Translations under genes and position numbers: made by a program
In this document: piece after piece, positions 1 to 9,338 of the stretch
Layout: each line of letters starts with the position of its first letter
Position numbering within the stretch: position 1 is the first letter of the stretch
Notes under the pieces: model-generated
Told to the model about the DNA's origin: nothing
The model's input: only the letters and a program-made list of their open reading frames with translations
The model's database searches: none
Origin: Crocosphaera subtropica ATCC 51142
GTDB taxonomy: Bacteria; Cyanobacteriota; Cyanobacteriia; Cyanobacteriales; Microcystaceae
DNA: 32,000 nucleotides
Assembly: GCF_000017845.1 (NCBI RefSeq)
Contig: NC_010546.1
Coordinates: forward strand, 4,560,001 to 4,592,000
Reading direction: 5' to 3'

Positions 1-120
1 CCAAAAACGTTTGGTTTCCCAAATCATGGGTTGATTAGGATCAAATAAAGGTTGATTAAGATAAGTCCAAATAGCAATTCCGATATGTTTAAAATGCCAT
101 AAAATTATTGGTGATCTCAT
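1..120 (-). CDS. Hypothetical protein, N-terminal fragment. The gene runs off the left edge of the window.
   Basis: ATG is the reverse complement of 118-120. The frame stays open to position 1 (40 codons: MRSPIILWHFKHIGIAIWTYLNQPLFDPNQPMIWETKRFW). It is too short and partial to appear in the ORF track, and I recognise no family. Confidence 0.3.
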   Translation of the reverse strand, partial: MRSPIILWHFKHIGIAIWTYLNQPLFDPNQPMIWETKRFW

Positions 121-514
121 TGTTCTAAAATCCCTAAGTATTTGTTAAAGCAAAACCATTATGTGTTGTTTAAGAATGATGGGTTATCATCATTAGATAA
201 CCTTTCTCTTATTAATGTGACAGATTAGCGATGGAATATGCTTGGTGACAAACACGGAATCTTTTGCCAAAATTTACGGATACTCAGTATTTTCTTGGAG
301 TTGTTGAAACCACCAATTTTTTGAAATTGCCACAATCCTTAATATTACTAAATTACAGTCGTCCACGGTTCTTAAAATTGTGGCCATTGACTTCAGGAAA
401 ATATCAATAGCAAATCCATTTTTAATGAGTAGATTCACTCATTTTTCCCAACATTAACCGAATTAATACCATTAATTCATTTTTTTTAATAATCAAAGGT
501 TTAGAGATATATAA

Positions 515-874
515 CTAATCCTTTTTGCGAGTTATATCAATGGTAATATTGCCAGGAAAATCGGGAATGGGAGGTGCTAATTTAGTTAAACGTATCCTAA
601 CATGATTAACGTTTGGTAAAGAAAGAATCTCTTGAGCGATCATTTCTGTTAACTTTTCAATAAGTGCCACTTTGGTTGTTTTAATATGATTTTTAACGAT
701 GGCGATCGCCTGTCGATAATCTGAGGTATCATCGAGATTATCACTGATACCAGCGTCTTTTAAATCTACCCCTAAAATTAAATCCACTTCAAACCATTGT
801 CCCAAAACTTGCTCTTCCGGTAAATAGCCTGTATAACCGTAACAACGAATGCCACTCACTTCAATAAAATCCAT
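515..874 (-). CDS. folB: Dihydroneopterin aldolase (FolB)
   Basis: From the internal Met, the sequence MDFIEVSGIRCYGYTGYLPEEQVLGQWFEVDLILGVDLKDAGISDNLDDTSDY matches the FolB N-terminal pattern (MDxIxIxGxxxxGxxGxxxEExxxGQxFxVDLxL...AGxSDxLxxTxDY). The track's 32-aa N-terminal extension (875-970) overlaps the start of the divergent rhomboid gene and looks spurious. ATG confirmed at 872-874 (reverse complement). Confidence 0.85.
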   Translation of the reverse strand: MDFIEVSGIRCYGYTGYLPEEQVLGQWFEVDLILGVDLKDAGISDNLDDTSDYRQAIAIVKNHIKTTKVALIEKLTEMIAQEILSLPNVNHVRIRLTKLAPPIPDFPGNITIDITRKKD

Positions 875-961
875 TTCAGTTATTGCTTGAATCGAAATAT
901 TTAGACAAAATCTAGGTTCAATCGTTATGATTGTTAATAAGATAATTCTACTATAAACCTT

Positions 962-1552
962 ATGAGTCACTCACCGAATAATAATCTTTCCCGTGAAGTC
1001 AAAACTCAGATTACTATTTTAGGCAGTTTTGTCAGTATTTTTTGGATAACTGAACTTATTGACATTTTTTTCTTAAAAGGAAGGTTAAATCAATATGGAA
1101 TTCAACCTCATAGTTTAATCGGTTTACGAGGTATTCTATTTGCCCCATTTTTGCATGGAGATTTGCCCCATTTAATTAGTAATACCATCCCTTTTTTAGG
1201 GTTAGGATGGTTAGTCATGTTACAAGAAACTAGCGATTTCTGGATCGTTACGATTTTAACGATGATAGTAGGAGGATTAGGAGTCTGGTTGTTTGCTGCG
1301 CCGACTTCTATCCATATCGGTGCTAGTATTTTGATTTTTGGCTACTTAGGCTTTTTATTATTGAGGGGTTATTTTCAGCGCAATTTTATCTCGATTTTTT
1401 TGTCTGTTTTAGTGGCTTTTCTGTATGGAGGATTAGTATTAGGAGTCTTACCTACAGCATCAGGAATTTCTTGGCAAGGTCACTTATTTGGCTTTTTAGG
1501 TGGAATTTTAGCAGCTAAATTAATCGCTAATGAAAAGCGATTTTATAAATAA
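962..1552 (+). CDS. Rhomboid-family intramembrane serine protease
   Basis: Polytopic membrane protein carrying the rhomboid signatures: HLISN (HxxxN, TM2), GASILIFGYLG (GxS catalytic Ser, TM4) and HLFGFLGGIL (catalytic His with GxxxG, TM6). Confidence 0.8.
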   Translation: MSHSPNNNLSREVKTQITILGSFVSIFWITELIDIFFLKGRLNQYGIQPHSLIGLRGILFAPFLHGDLPHLISNTIPFLGLGWLVMLQETSDFWIVTILTMIVGGLGVWLFAAPTSIHIGASILIFGYLGFLLLRGYFQRNFISIFLSVLVAFLYGGLVLGVLPTASGISWQGHLFGFLGGILAAKLIANEKRFYK

Positions 1553-1577
1553 ATAATAAGTAGAAAAGCAACGGATT

Positions 1578-3224
1578 TTATTCTTGGGAGGGAAGGGATA
1601 AAAAGGCATCGAATTGACCAATAGAATCATCAGGAAAACTGACCGTTATTCCTAGTCCTTTCGCAGAGTCTAGAATGGATTGACTTTCTGCTGGTATTCT
1701 CTCACCAGGAAACTGATTTAATTGTTGTGAAACTTGGGAGAAATTGACATAAAAATAGCCTAAATTCTGAGATGGTAAAAGGGATTTAATTTCTTGAAAA
1801 TTGGGATTTTCTAGTATAGTTTCTTGTTGTTTTGAATTTTGTATTATCTCAAAAGAAGTTCCTACTGTTACCATTAAATTCTGATTATCTAACCATCCAT
1901 AAGACAAGATTACACCTTGTAAGGGAAACATCCATTCTACTACGTCAATTCCTTTAAGATTTCTTTCATTTACCGTGAAATTATTATCATTGGCTAACTT
2001 CGTTAACTTGTCTAAGGTATTACTTGCTATTTGGCGATCGCTGGTTTCTAACAGGATCATTCCCCCCACGCCTAAATTAGCAATTCCTCCCCGATCTAAC
2101 TCTATCATTCCTAATCCAAATTCTCCGTTCATCCAATTAAAAACCTCTCGATCTGCATCTAAATTAATCTCACGAAATCCGTTACGAATTTCTCTTACCA
2201 CACGATTTACTTCTTGATCCTCTTTAGCTTTTTCTACCAATTGATTCCACCCTTGATCGATTCGGTAACCATTCGCTAAGAGGAAGGTGTCCCCAGGAAA
2301 TTCTGATAAGATATTATTGGGTACTGCATCGGGAATTTTGTCGATCTGATCGGGGTTAAGATTAGCGATCGCTTGTAAATGTAATCCCTGTTTTTCTGCA
2401 CCGATTCCAATTAAAATAGATTCCACTTCATCTAATTGTTTTAAGCTGTTTTCTGGAAGCGGTTTCTGAGTATTTTCCAATATTTTTTTTATGCTTCCTC
2501 CATAATTAGGGATATAAATATTCAAAAGGGGATTTTTAATGGATAGAGACTGTTTTAATAAGTCTTGGACCTCCGGTTGATCAGCATAGGAAGATGCTCC
2601 TTGGAAACTATCAATCGCTGTCTCAATTGTATAATCTTTTTCTGCTATTACTAAGCGATTATCTAAAAGAGCAAAGCTAAAATTCTTTCCAGAAGGATCT
2701 TTTACTTGTTTAATGGTAACCTCTTGATAGTTCCTAGTTTCTACGCTAACATTTTCTTCTCTTTTAAGCTTATCAAAAAATTGTTTTGCCTTTATTTTAT
2801 TTCTAACACCAACAACCATTAAAGGCTGAACAGTTTCAGGAATTGGGGATGTTTGTCGAGAAGAAAGAAAAGCAATTGTGACTCCATCTATCCAAGGTTG
2901 AATATCCTTTTCAAAAGAGATATTTTTATTAGCAAGATTTTCGTTATTCCATCGATCAATACGAGTTTGAATATTTTGTTTTGCTTGAGGAGTTCCATAG
3001 CGAGATAATTGTTGCCAGGCTTTCTCATTGGTAGAAAAATAACTACTGGCAAACGCTGATTCAGGAATGACTTCTGCTGCCACTAAAGGGGTGATATTTT
3101 GACTCGGAAGAAATGGTAATTCCCCTTGAAAATAATAATAAACTCCTGCACTTCCTGCTGCTACAATTGCCGTTAATCCCATTATAGGAAGACAGCCCAA
3201 ACCAGATTTATTGTTAGTTGACAT
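1578..3224 (-). CDS. Conserved cyanobacterial protein with an N-terminal membrane anchor (DUF3352-like)
   Basis: 548-aa ORF with an N-terminal hydrophobic segment (LPIMGLTAIVAAGSAGVYYYF) and two HIP1 sites. The DUF3352 assignment is from memory of the family's size and architecture and was not verified. Confidence 0.6.
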   Translation of the reverse strand: MSTNNKSGLGCLPIMGLTAIVAAGSAGVYYYFQGELPFLPSQNITPLVAAEVIPESAFASSYFSTNEKAWQQLSRYGTPQAKQNIQTRIDRWNNENLANKNISFEKDIQPWIDGVTIAFLSSRQTSPIPETVQPLMVVGVRNKIKAKQFFDKLKREENVSVETRNYQEVTIKQVKDPSGKNFSFALLDNRLVIAEKDYTIETAIDSFQGASSYADQPEVQDLLKQSLSIKNPLLNIYIPNYGGSIKKILENTQKPLPENSLKQLDEVESILIGIGAEKQGLHLQAIANLNPDQIDKIPDAVPNNILSEFPGDTFLLANGYRIDQGWNQLVEKAKEDQEVNRVVREIRNGFREINLDADREVFNWMNGEFGLGMIELDRGGIANLGVGGMILLETSDRQIASNTLDKLTKLANDNNFTVNERNLKGIDVVEWMFPLQGVILSYGWLDNQNLMVTVGTSFEIIQNSKQQETILENPNFQEIKSLLPSQNLGYFYVNFSQVSQQLNQFPGERIPAESQSILDSAKGLGITVSFPDDSIGQFDAFLSLPSQE

Positions 3225-3519
3225 AAAACTTATCCTTAATCATTATCTTTATTATAATTAATAATTTATACATCAAAGAGACAGCAATTATTAGCTTAAT
3301 AGCTGTTAATTAATTAAAGATAAGGTAATTTTGACAAAAGTTATTTTATCTAAAACTACTAAAAAGTATAATTAATTGACTCCTTATTAGGAAAAATTGA
3401 TTATTTTTCATTTTTTTTAAATCAATCAATATTAATTATAGCTAAACTTAAGAATTTCTAAGAAATCTTTTTTTGTCATAATTCTTAATTAAAAAAATTT
3501 AAACTCACAATGATGACAA

Positions 3520-4488
3520 TTATTGTTCTTGCTGAATGGCTGCTAAAACCTGGGAATGAATTACGGAATTAGTGGCTAGAACACCACGATTATTGCTTAA
3601 TTTTGCCCCCACAGAAAAATCTAAGGGCTTCCCATCTAAATCTGTTACCCTGCCTCCAGCTTCTTCTACGATAATCACTCCGGCGGCATGATCCCAGATG
3701 TTTTCTTTCTTGCCTTCAAATTGAGGTAAAGGGACTCTCGTATATACATGAGCATCTCCTCTGGCGATCGCTCCATATTTAGCTAAAGAGTCCATCTGTT
3801 TTGCGATAGAAGTTAACCCTAAACGTTGATCGATAGCGGTTTGGACTTGGCGATCGCTATGAACGGATTCCACACTTTCGATCCGATATAATTGTTCAAA
3901 ATTAGACGAAGGATCAACCTTGATCTGTTGAGCCGTTTCCCCGTCTAAGGGCATTTCTACTGCCCCTTGACCCCGAATAGCCAAGAAAATCACCCCTTTA
4001 CCATTATCTTCTCTAGGAAAGGCAGGACAAGCTAATACCCCTAATTTCACTTCTCCTTCTTCCACTAAAGCCAAGGCTACAGCATATTGATCCCCCCGAA
4101 TAAACCCCTTTGTGCCATCGATGGGATCTAGCGTCCAATAACGTTGTGCGACTTTTCCATTACCCCAGTTAATCCAATCAATCACCTTTTCTGGGGTAGC
4201 GGCGGGAATACTGTGCTGTACCTGTTCAATAATTTGACGGCGAACCCCTTCTAACTCTGGTTGTTGCAGTAAGGTGGCATCTTCTTCCCCGATGACAGGA
4301 TCATTAGGAAACGCCTCCATTAACCCTTGACATAAAATAGCTTGCGCCCCAAAATCTGCCACTGTTACGGGACTGGTATCTGCTTTTTGAACCGCTTTTC
4401 GGCCTTGAGTTTGTTGAACTCGTTGACAGAGTTTAGCTGCTTGTTTGACTATCTTCAAGGCTAATTGTTTTTCTGGTTGATAACTCAT
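3520..4488 (-). CDS. 3'(2'),5'-bisphosphate nucleotidase (PAP phosphatase, HAL2/CysQ type; inositol monophosphatase superfamily)
   Basis: Shows the IMPase/HAL2 motifs PVIGEED, WTLDPIDGTKGF and WDHAAG. At 322 aa it fits the HAL2-like subfamily. Confidence 0.8.
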   Translation of the reverse strand: MSYQPEKQLALKIVKQAAKLCQRVQQTQGRKAVQKADTSPVTVADFGAQAILCQGLMEAFPNDPVIGEEDATLLQQPELEGVRRQIIEQVQHSIPAATPEKVIDWINWGNGKVAQRYWTLDPIDGTKGFIRGDQYAVALALVEEGEVKLGVLACPAFPREDNGKGVIFLAIRGQGAVEMPLDGETAQQIKVDPSSNFEQLYRIESVESVHSDRQVQTAIDQRLGLTSIAKQMDSLAKYGAIARGDAHVYTRVPLPQFEGKKENIWDHAAGVIIVEEAGGRVTDLDGKPLDFSVGAKLSNNRGVLATNSVIHSQVLAAIQQEQ

Positions 4489-4543
4489 TTTTGAATAAGA
4501 TTATTTCTGAGTGTTTAGACAATTAAAGTTACCTGTAAAGAAA

Positions 4544-4562
4544 GGGAACAGGGAACAGGGAG
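4544..4562. repeat. Heptanucleotide tandem repeat (GGGAACA) x2.7
   Basis: Reads GGGAACA GGGAACA GGGAG directly, in the cysQ-like/murF intergenic spacer. Confidence 0.8.
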
Positions 4563-4608
4563 TAATGGTTTTAGCTTTGTTAACATAAGTTAGTATTGTG
4601 TCGCTTAT

Positions 4609-5967
4609 TTATGTCTGATGACTGATTACATTATGGACTGCTTCGACAACACGATTTAAACCGACAGAATTGGACGCTTTAAATAAAATGCGATCGCCAG
4701 GTTTAATAATTTCGGTTAACCGTTGTATCAATTGTTCGTGGGTGGGGAAACACTCGGTTTCAACCGTCTTAACCCCTTGAGCAATGGCTTGGGCTTCTGG
4801 GTCATCCACTAGGATATAAAGACCATCAATCCCCAATGTTTCAGCCGTTTCCCCGACTTCCTGATGTAACTGGGCTGATGCGTCCCCCAGTTCCTTCATC
4901 GTACCAAGAACCGCTAAATGACGCTTACCTGGTGTATCTTTGAGCAGTTGTAGGGCTGCTTTCATGGATTCTAAACCAGCGTTATAGGTTTCGTCTAGGA
5001 GAATAATATCGTTTTCTAGGGAATATTGTTGCGATCGCCCTTGAGGAAGGTTAACTGTCACCCCTTGGATCAAAGGATGCCAGTCTAAATTTAACTGTTG
5101 GGTCACCGCTAAAGCAGCTAAATAATTTAAAGCATTGTGACGACCGGGTAACGGTAAAGGAAAATCCATTCCTTTTACCCTTAAGATTTGATTTTCTAGC
5201 ACTTTTCCCGTAATATCACCCCCTTCCAATCCATAGGTAATGGTTTTCCCCTGCCACACCTTAGCTGCTGTTTCCATAAGTCGTTGATCATCATGGTTGA
5301 GGATGGCAATGCTATCCGTAGGCATTTCCGCCAATAATTCACATTTTGCCTCAGCGATCGCCTCTCGTGATCCCAGTCGTCCAATATGGGCTGTCCCCAC
5401 ATTGGTAATGATGCCAATGGTAGGGCAAGCAATTTGACTTAATAGGGCAATTTCTCCTCTTGCGCGCATGGCCATTTCAATCACAGCATAATCATCACTT
5501 GTTGTGATGGCTAATAGGGTTTTAGGTACACCGATTTCGTTGTTGTAGTTAGCTTGGGTTTTATGAACTTTTCCGTAAACCCCTAACACCGCAGATATTA
5601 ATTCTTTTGTGGTGGTTTTCCCCACCGAACCTGTTATACCGATAATAGGAATCTTAACCTTATTTCGCCACCAATTTGCAATTTCTTGATAGGCAATTAA
5701 AGTATCTTTAACAATAATCTGGGGTATTTTCTTAGTAGAATTTACAGATATTTTGTGATTAAGTATTAGCGCAATCGCCCCCTTATCAATTGCTTTTTCA
5801 GCAAACAGGTGACCATCGAATTTATCCCCCTTTAAAGCTAAAAAAATATCATTCTCTGTTATATTCCGAGTATCTGTATTTATTTCATTGATTAATTTGT
5901 TGGATAAAGGTTGAGATATTTCTTTTAAGCTATTAGACAAAATATTTGGGATTTCACTGAGAATCAT
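4609..5967 (-). CDS. murF: UDP-N-acetylmuramoyl-tripeptide--D-alanyl-D-alanine ligase (MurF)
   Basis: Mur ligase P-loop GITGSVGKTTTKE. The N-terminal (DTRxI...FxALxGxxxDGH) and C-terminal domains follow the MurF layout. 452 aa. Confidence 0.9.
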   Translation of the reverse strand: MILSEIPNILSNSLKEISQPLSNKLINEINTDTRNITENDIFLALKGDKFDGHLFAEKAIDKGAIALILNHKISVNSTKKIPQIIVKDTLIAYQEIANWWRNKVKIPIIGITGSVGKTTTKELISAVLGVYGKVHKTQANYNNEIGVPKTLLAITTSDDYAVIEMAMRARGEIALLSQIACPTIGIITNVGTAHIGRLGSREAIAEAKCELLAEMPTDSIAILNHDDQRLMETAAKVWQGKTITYGLEGGDITGKVLENQILRVKGMDFPLPLPGRHNALNYLAALAVTQQLNLDWHPLIQGVTVNLPQGRSQQYSLENDIILLDETYNAGLESMKAALQLLKDTPGKRHLAVLGTMKELGDASAQLHQEVGETAETLGIDGLYILVDDPEAQAIAQGVKTVETECFPTHEQLIQRLTEIIKPGDRILFKASNSVGLNRVVEAVHNVISHQT

Positions 5968-6034
5968 AACGACTTCCTAGAATAACTACGGAGAAAAATA
6001 TCGAAAATTCACTGAATAGAAAAACCTCGACACT

Positions 6035-6050
6035 TGTGATCAAGATCACA
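6035..6050. promoter_or_regulatory. Perfect CRP-family (cyanobacterial SyCRP-type) consensus site TGTGA-N6-TCACA
   Basis: TGTGATCAAGATCACA is a 7+7 inverted repeat (TGTGATC aa GATCACA). It sits in the 412-bp divergent spacer, 68 nt upstream of the murF start and 330 nt upstream of the 6380 ORF. Confidence 0.5.
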
Positions 6051-6379
6051 TACAATTGGTGTTCTTTTCCGTTACTTTAAGAAATGTCTTTACTAAAAAA
6101 AGAGCATTCAGTAAAGTATGTTTAATTGTCAACTTCATCAGAGAGGATTTAGCTGAATAATTATTAACGAAGTTGGGAAAAGAAAAAGTTTTAAAATCCT
6201 TTCCCAAACCGTTATAATAGTGAAGCAATAGAACAAAAACCTTTGCCAAAAACCAAACAGCTAAAAATGCTTGATCAACTTCTATCATTAAACCAAAAGC
6301 GGGCGATAAATTTACCGATAACCTAAACGAAATTTTACAGCCCCAGGTTGAATTAATCAATTGAAATGGGCTGACGGCC

Positions 6380-7666
6380 ATGAATAACCTATCCCAAACT
6401 TACTCAAGACAGCAAGGATCTCAAGAAGAGCAACTTCTCTACGACTACCTACTACACCACGTCCGAACTGACACCCCTGGTCAGTTGGTTGAAGATTTTC
6501 GCCGCTTATTTATCGAGGCGCGAGGGTTTCGTGATCTTCAAATCTATACAGCCTTAGAACAAATTGTCAAACGGAAGAATGGGGAATATCAATTCAACTA
6601 CTTTTTTAACCGTTGTTGCCATATTTTAATTAACCATTGGCAAATGGACCCTCAGTCTCATAGTGCTATCCCTGAGTTAGTTGGACTTTTGGAGAATCTT
6701 GCCCCTGCTCGGAGTGGCTATCATGGTACACCCAATCGAGTCAGATATCTGGTCAAAAACTTTACCCAATCGGATCAATACCTCAAGCTTCAGCGATTAG
6801 CGAGGGTTATCAACAATAAACTCAACCCTGAGAAATCTAATCTGGTGGGTAACTTGATTCATCGTTATCCCTATCTTTATAATCATTGCCTATTGGGAGA
6901 GGAAAGTAGCCAAGAACATCAAAAAACAGTGAGAAAAATTAAAAATCAAACCGAAAGACGTTTTGAGGTAAATTTATCTCGCTATGTTACCTACAAAGTT
7001 AGATTGGCACAAATATCTCGTTCTCCTCAATTAACTCCCGAAAAAGGCCGCATTATTCGTCCGGTTAAAAACCCGACCCTTCTCAAAGATAAAGAACTAA
7101 ATCAAGCGTTAAAGCATTTTGTGGGAACAGTTGATGGCGGTTACACCTACAAGAGTTTATCGCAAAACTTCTTGAGTCATACCGTTCATACCCAAACCTT
7201 CGGACGTTATAAAGATGATCTTTATGAATATATTCTTACCTCTTTAGATCCTAAATATTCCAAAGGACAATTTAATAAAAATCTCTACCAACTACTACAA
7301 AATACTCTACCTGAGTGCAATCATCAAAAACCCAGTGAATTCTTAATGTTACGAACAGCGAGTCAATTAATGAATTTTCTGGTGGTTGAAAATGGACAGA
7401 AACCGGATCACTATGTTTTTGTAGATATGATTTCTAATATGGGAGTCACTCGGACGATGGGTTTATTACTCAAGGTTGTTTTAGTCTCTAACAAGGTCAA
7501 ACCCTATTTAGAGAAGCGTTTTTCTATCCTATTTAATCACTATGAATCGTTTAGCAGAGAGGGGGTTCCTTGGTTAGTCAAATCCTTAGAAAATTTACAA
7601 TTAGCCTTTAGTGTTCATTTTGGCAAAGTGGATTTATCCTGTTTAAAACAAGTTAAAATGGGATAA
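6380..7666 (+). CDS. Hypothetical soluble protein (428 aa), no recognisable domain
   Basis: Long uninterrupted ORF with an ATG start and a non-repetitive, plausibly globular composition. It ends 50 nt before the histidine kinase on the same strand. No family recognised. Confidence 0.7.
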   Translation: MNNLSQTYSRQQGSQEEQLLYDYLLHHVRTDTPGQLVEDFRRLFIEARGFRDLQIYTALEQIVKRKNGEYQFNYFFNRCCHILINHWQMDPQSHSAIPELVGLLENLAPARSGYHGTPNRVRYLVKNFTQSDQYLKLQRLARVINNKLNPEKSNLVGNLIHRYPYLYNHCLLGEESSQEHQKTVRKIKNQTERRFEVNLSRYVTYKVRLAQISRSPQLTPEKGRIIRPVKNPTLLKDKELNQALKHFVGTVDGGYTYKSLSQNFLSHTVHTQTFGRYKDDLYEYILTSLDPKYSKGQFNKNLYQLLQNTLPECNHQKPSEFLMLRTASQLMNFLVVENGQKPDHYVFVDMISNMGVTRTMGLLLKVVLVSNKVKPYLEKRFSILFNHYESFSREGVPWLVKSLENLQLAFSVHFGKVDLSCLKQVKMG

Positions 7667-7716
7667 GTATAAGAAGAATTGTCAAATTTTTAATTGGGTT
7701 TCAAGTCTATATTTCT

Positions 7717-9045
7717 ATGTTTCAAGCGACACGCCGTCGTTTAGCCCTATGGTACACTGCGGTTACAGCTATTTTGCTCCTTCTGTTTGCTACAGGAGTC
7801 TTTTTTTATGTTCGGAGTACCTTAGTCGAACGGGTGGATGACACCCTAAAGCACGTTGTGGAGGTGGTTAACCGTTCTTTAGTTATCGAGTCTGTTTCCC
7901 TTTCTCAAGGACGCTATCAGGTCAACGTAGAAGCTAGTTTTCGAGACAATGCAGAAGCAGTAGAAGATGATCATATTGATCTTGAATGGTTTAACCCTCA
8001 AGGAGATTTAGTTTGGTCAACTTTTAGTGATCCTCCCATGATTCCCCTTCATCTTAACCGACGAGCCGAAACCGTTCATATTAGTGGCGATCGCATTCTG
8101 AGGCAAGTTACTGCAAGAATCAATTTAGAGCGTTATATTTTAGGGTATTTACGGGTTAGTCATCCTTGGTTTGAGGTGACAAAACCTATTCGTCAACTTA
8201 GTGTTGATTTGGCTTTAGGAACCTTAATTACGATTATTATTGTCGGGTTTATTGGTTGGTTTTTATCCGGTTTAGCGATTCAACCGATTCGAGATTCTTA
8301 TCAAAGTTTAAAACAATTTACGGCGGATGCTTCCCATGAGTTAAGAAACCCCATTGCTACTATTCAAACCAATGTACAAATGGCTTTGGCCTATGGAAAT
8401 ACTGATCCTCAAGTCCAGCAAAGACAGTTAAAAGTCGTAGAAAGATTGACCAAACGCTTAGGAAACTTGGTAAATGATTTATTATTTTTAGCTCGATCCG
8501 ATAGTGGAATGTTACAAGCTAGACAGCAAAAGATTCCTTTAGATGCTTTATTAATTGAAGTAATAGAAGAACAACGAATGTTTGCTCAACAGAAGAATAT
8601 TTTTCTTTCATTACATATTGTTGAGCCTGACAATCATGATGACGATAATTTTAGTTTATCTGGGGATTGGGATCAATTGGCTCGTTTATTTACTAATTTA
8701 ATTAGTAATGGATTAGAGCATACTTTTTCTGGGGACAAGCTATCAGAAAAAAATCATCAAGAGGCTTCCGTTGAGGTAGAATTACAACGAATCAAGCGCG
8801 ATCGCTTACATCAGTTACAGGTTAAAGTAAAAGATAGAGGGAAAGGAGTTCCTGAAACAGCTTTAAATCATTTATTTGATCGATTTTATCAAGTTGATCC
8901 GTCTCGAAAAAGTGCAGGGGGTTCGGGGTTAGGACTAGCGATCGCTAAAGCCATTGTTGATAATCATAACGGACAAATTAAAGTGGAAAGTGAGTTAGGA
9001 AAAGGAACAACATTTACAGTTATTTTGCCAATTTTAAAATTATAA
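7717..9045 (+). CDS. Two-component sensor histidine kinase (two TM segments, periplasmic loop, HisKA and HATPase_c domains)
   Basis: H-box FTADASHELRNP, N-box LISNGLEH, and G-boxes DRGKGVP and GGSGLGLAIAKAIV. TM1 is LALWYTAVTAILLLLFATGVFFY and TM2 is LALGTLITIIIVGFIGWFL. No response regulator gene is present in the window. Confidence 0.9.
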   Translation: MFQATRRRLALWYTAVTAILLLLFATGVFFYVRSTLVERVDDTLKHVVEVVNRSLVIESVSLSQGRYQVNVEASFRDNAEAVEDDHIDLEWFNPQGDLVWSTFSDPPMIPLHLNRRAETVHISGDRILRQVTARINLERYILGYLRVSHPWFEVTKPIRQLSVDLALGTLITIIIVGFIGWFLSGLAIQPIRDSYQSLKQFTADASHELRNPIATIQTNVQMALAYGNTDPQVQQRQLKVVERLTKRLGNLVNDLLFLARSDSGMLQARQQKIPLDALLIEVIEEQRMFAQQKNIFLSLHIVEPDNHDDDNFSLSGDWDQLARLFTNLISNGLEHTFSGDKLSEKNHQEASVEVELQRIKRDRLHQLQVKVKDRGKGVPETALNHLFDRFYQVDPSRKSAGGSGLGLAIAKAIVDNHNGQIKVESELGKGTTFTVILPILKL

Positions 9046-9338
9046 GGATTTGAAATTCAGTAAGTAGTTATTTCTATTCTATTATTCTAGGCAGAAGAGA
9101 AATAATATGGTAAACTATAGCAGTTCTCGTACTGGTGAGGTATATAATTTATAAGCTTTCAGGCAGAAACCACAGGTCTTTAGGGCGGAGTTGCTTAAAT
9201 CTAATCCGTTCGAGAAAGTCTATAACTATAATTACCAAGTTAATGATTATTGAGTAAGTAATCTAGAAAAAATTTTTAAATTAAGTTATTTTAATTGTTA
9301 TCAATTTATTTTTTTATTTCCATCCTAAAGAATAATTA

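Noticed and set aside
274-387. 37-aa minus-strand ORF (MATILRTVDDCNLVILRIVAISKNWWFQQLQENTEYP) in the folB-distal spacer
   Set aside because: It has no Shine-Dalgarno sequence, no recognisable family and no TM or other motif, and it is short enough to arise by chance. It could be a gene remnant, but I cannot support that.
875-970. 32-aa N-terminal extension of folB in the track (start at 970)
   Set aside because: FolB homology begins exactly at the internal Met (MDFIEV). The extension is hydrophobic junk that overlaps the rhomboid gene start.
1975-2217. Antisense or overlapping short ORFs listed in the track: 1975-2217, 5196-5432, 9771-9959, 13880-14065, 15525-15731, 17359-17541, 20282-20464, 21689-21970, 22174-22380, 22769-23086, 23461-23691, 24700-24912, 27774-28013, 28064-28276, 28294-28488 and 28460-28660
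   Set aside because: Each lies inside, or in an alternative frame of, a longer ORF that has clear family motifs. None shows recognisable motifs or its own ribosome-binding site. They are typical shadow ORFs.
6046-6381. 111-aa minus-strand ORF filling the murF/6380 spacer
   Set aside because: It has no Shine-Dalgarno sequence. Its start overlaps the start codon of the divergent 6380 gene, its composition is low-complexity Leu/Phe/Lys as expected of AT-rich noncoding DNA, and it runs into the CRP-like palindrome. I treat it as noncoding, though I cannot fully exclude it.
9046-9338. Searched the histidine kinase / island spacer for a tRNA, sRNA or integration-site remnant
   Set aside because: It has no T-loop (GGTTCGAATCC-like) sequence, no convincing hairpin plus U-tract, no direct repeats matching the other island border (14431-14497), and no integrase or transposase nearby. 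The island boundary is therefore defined only by composition and HIP1.
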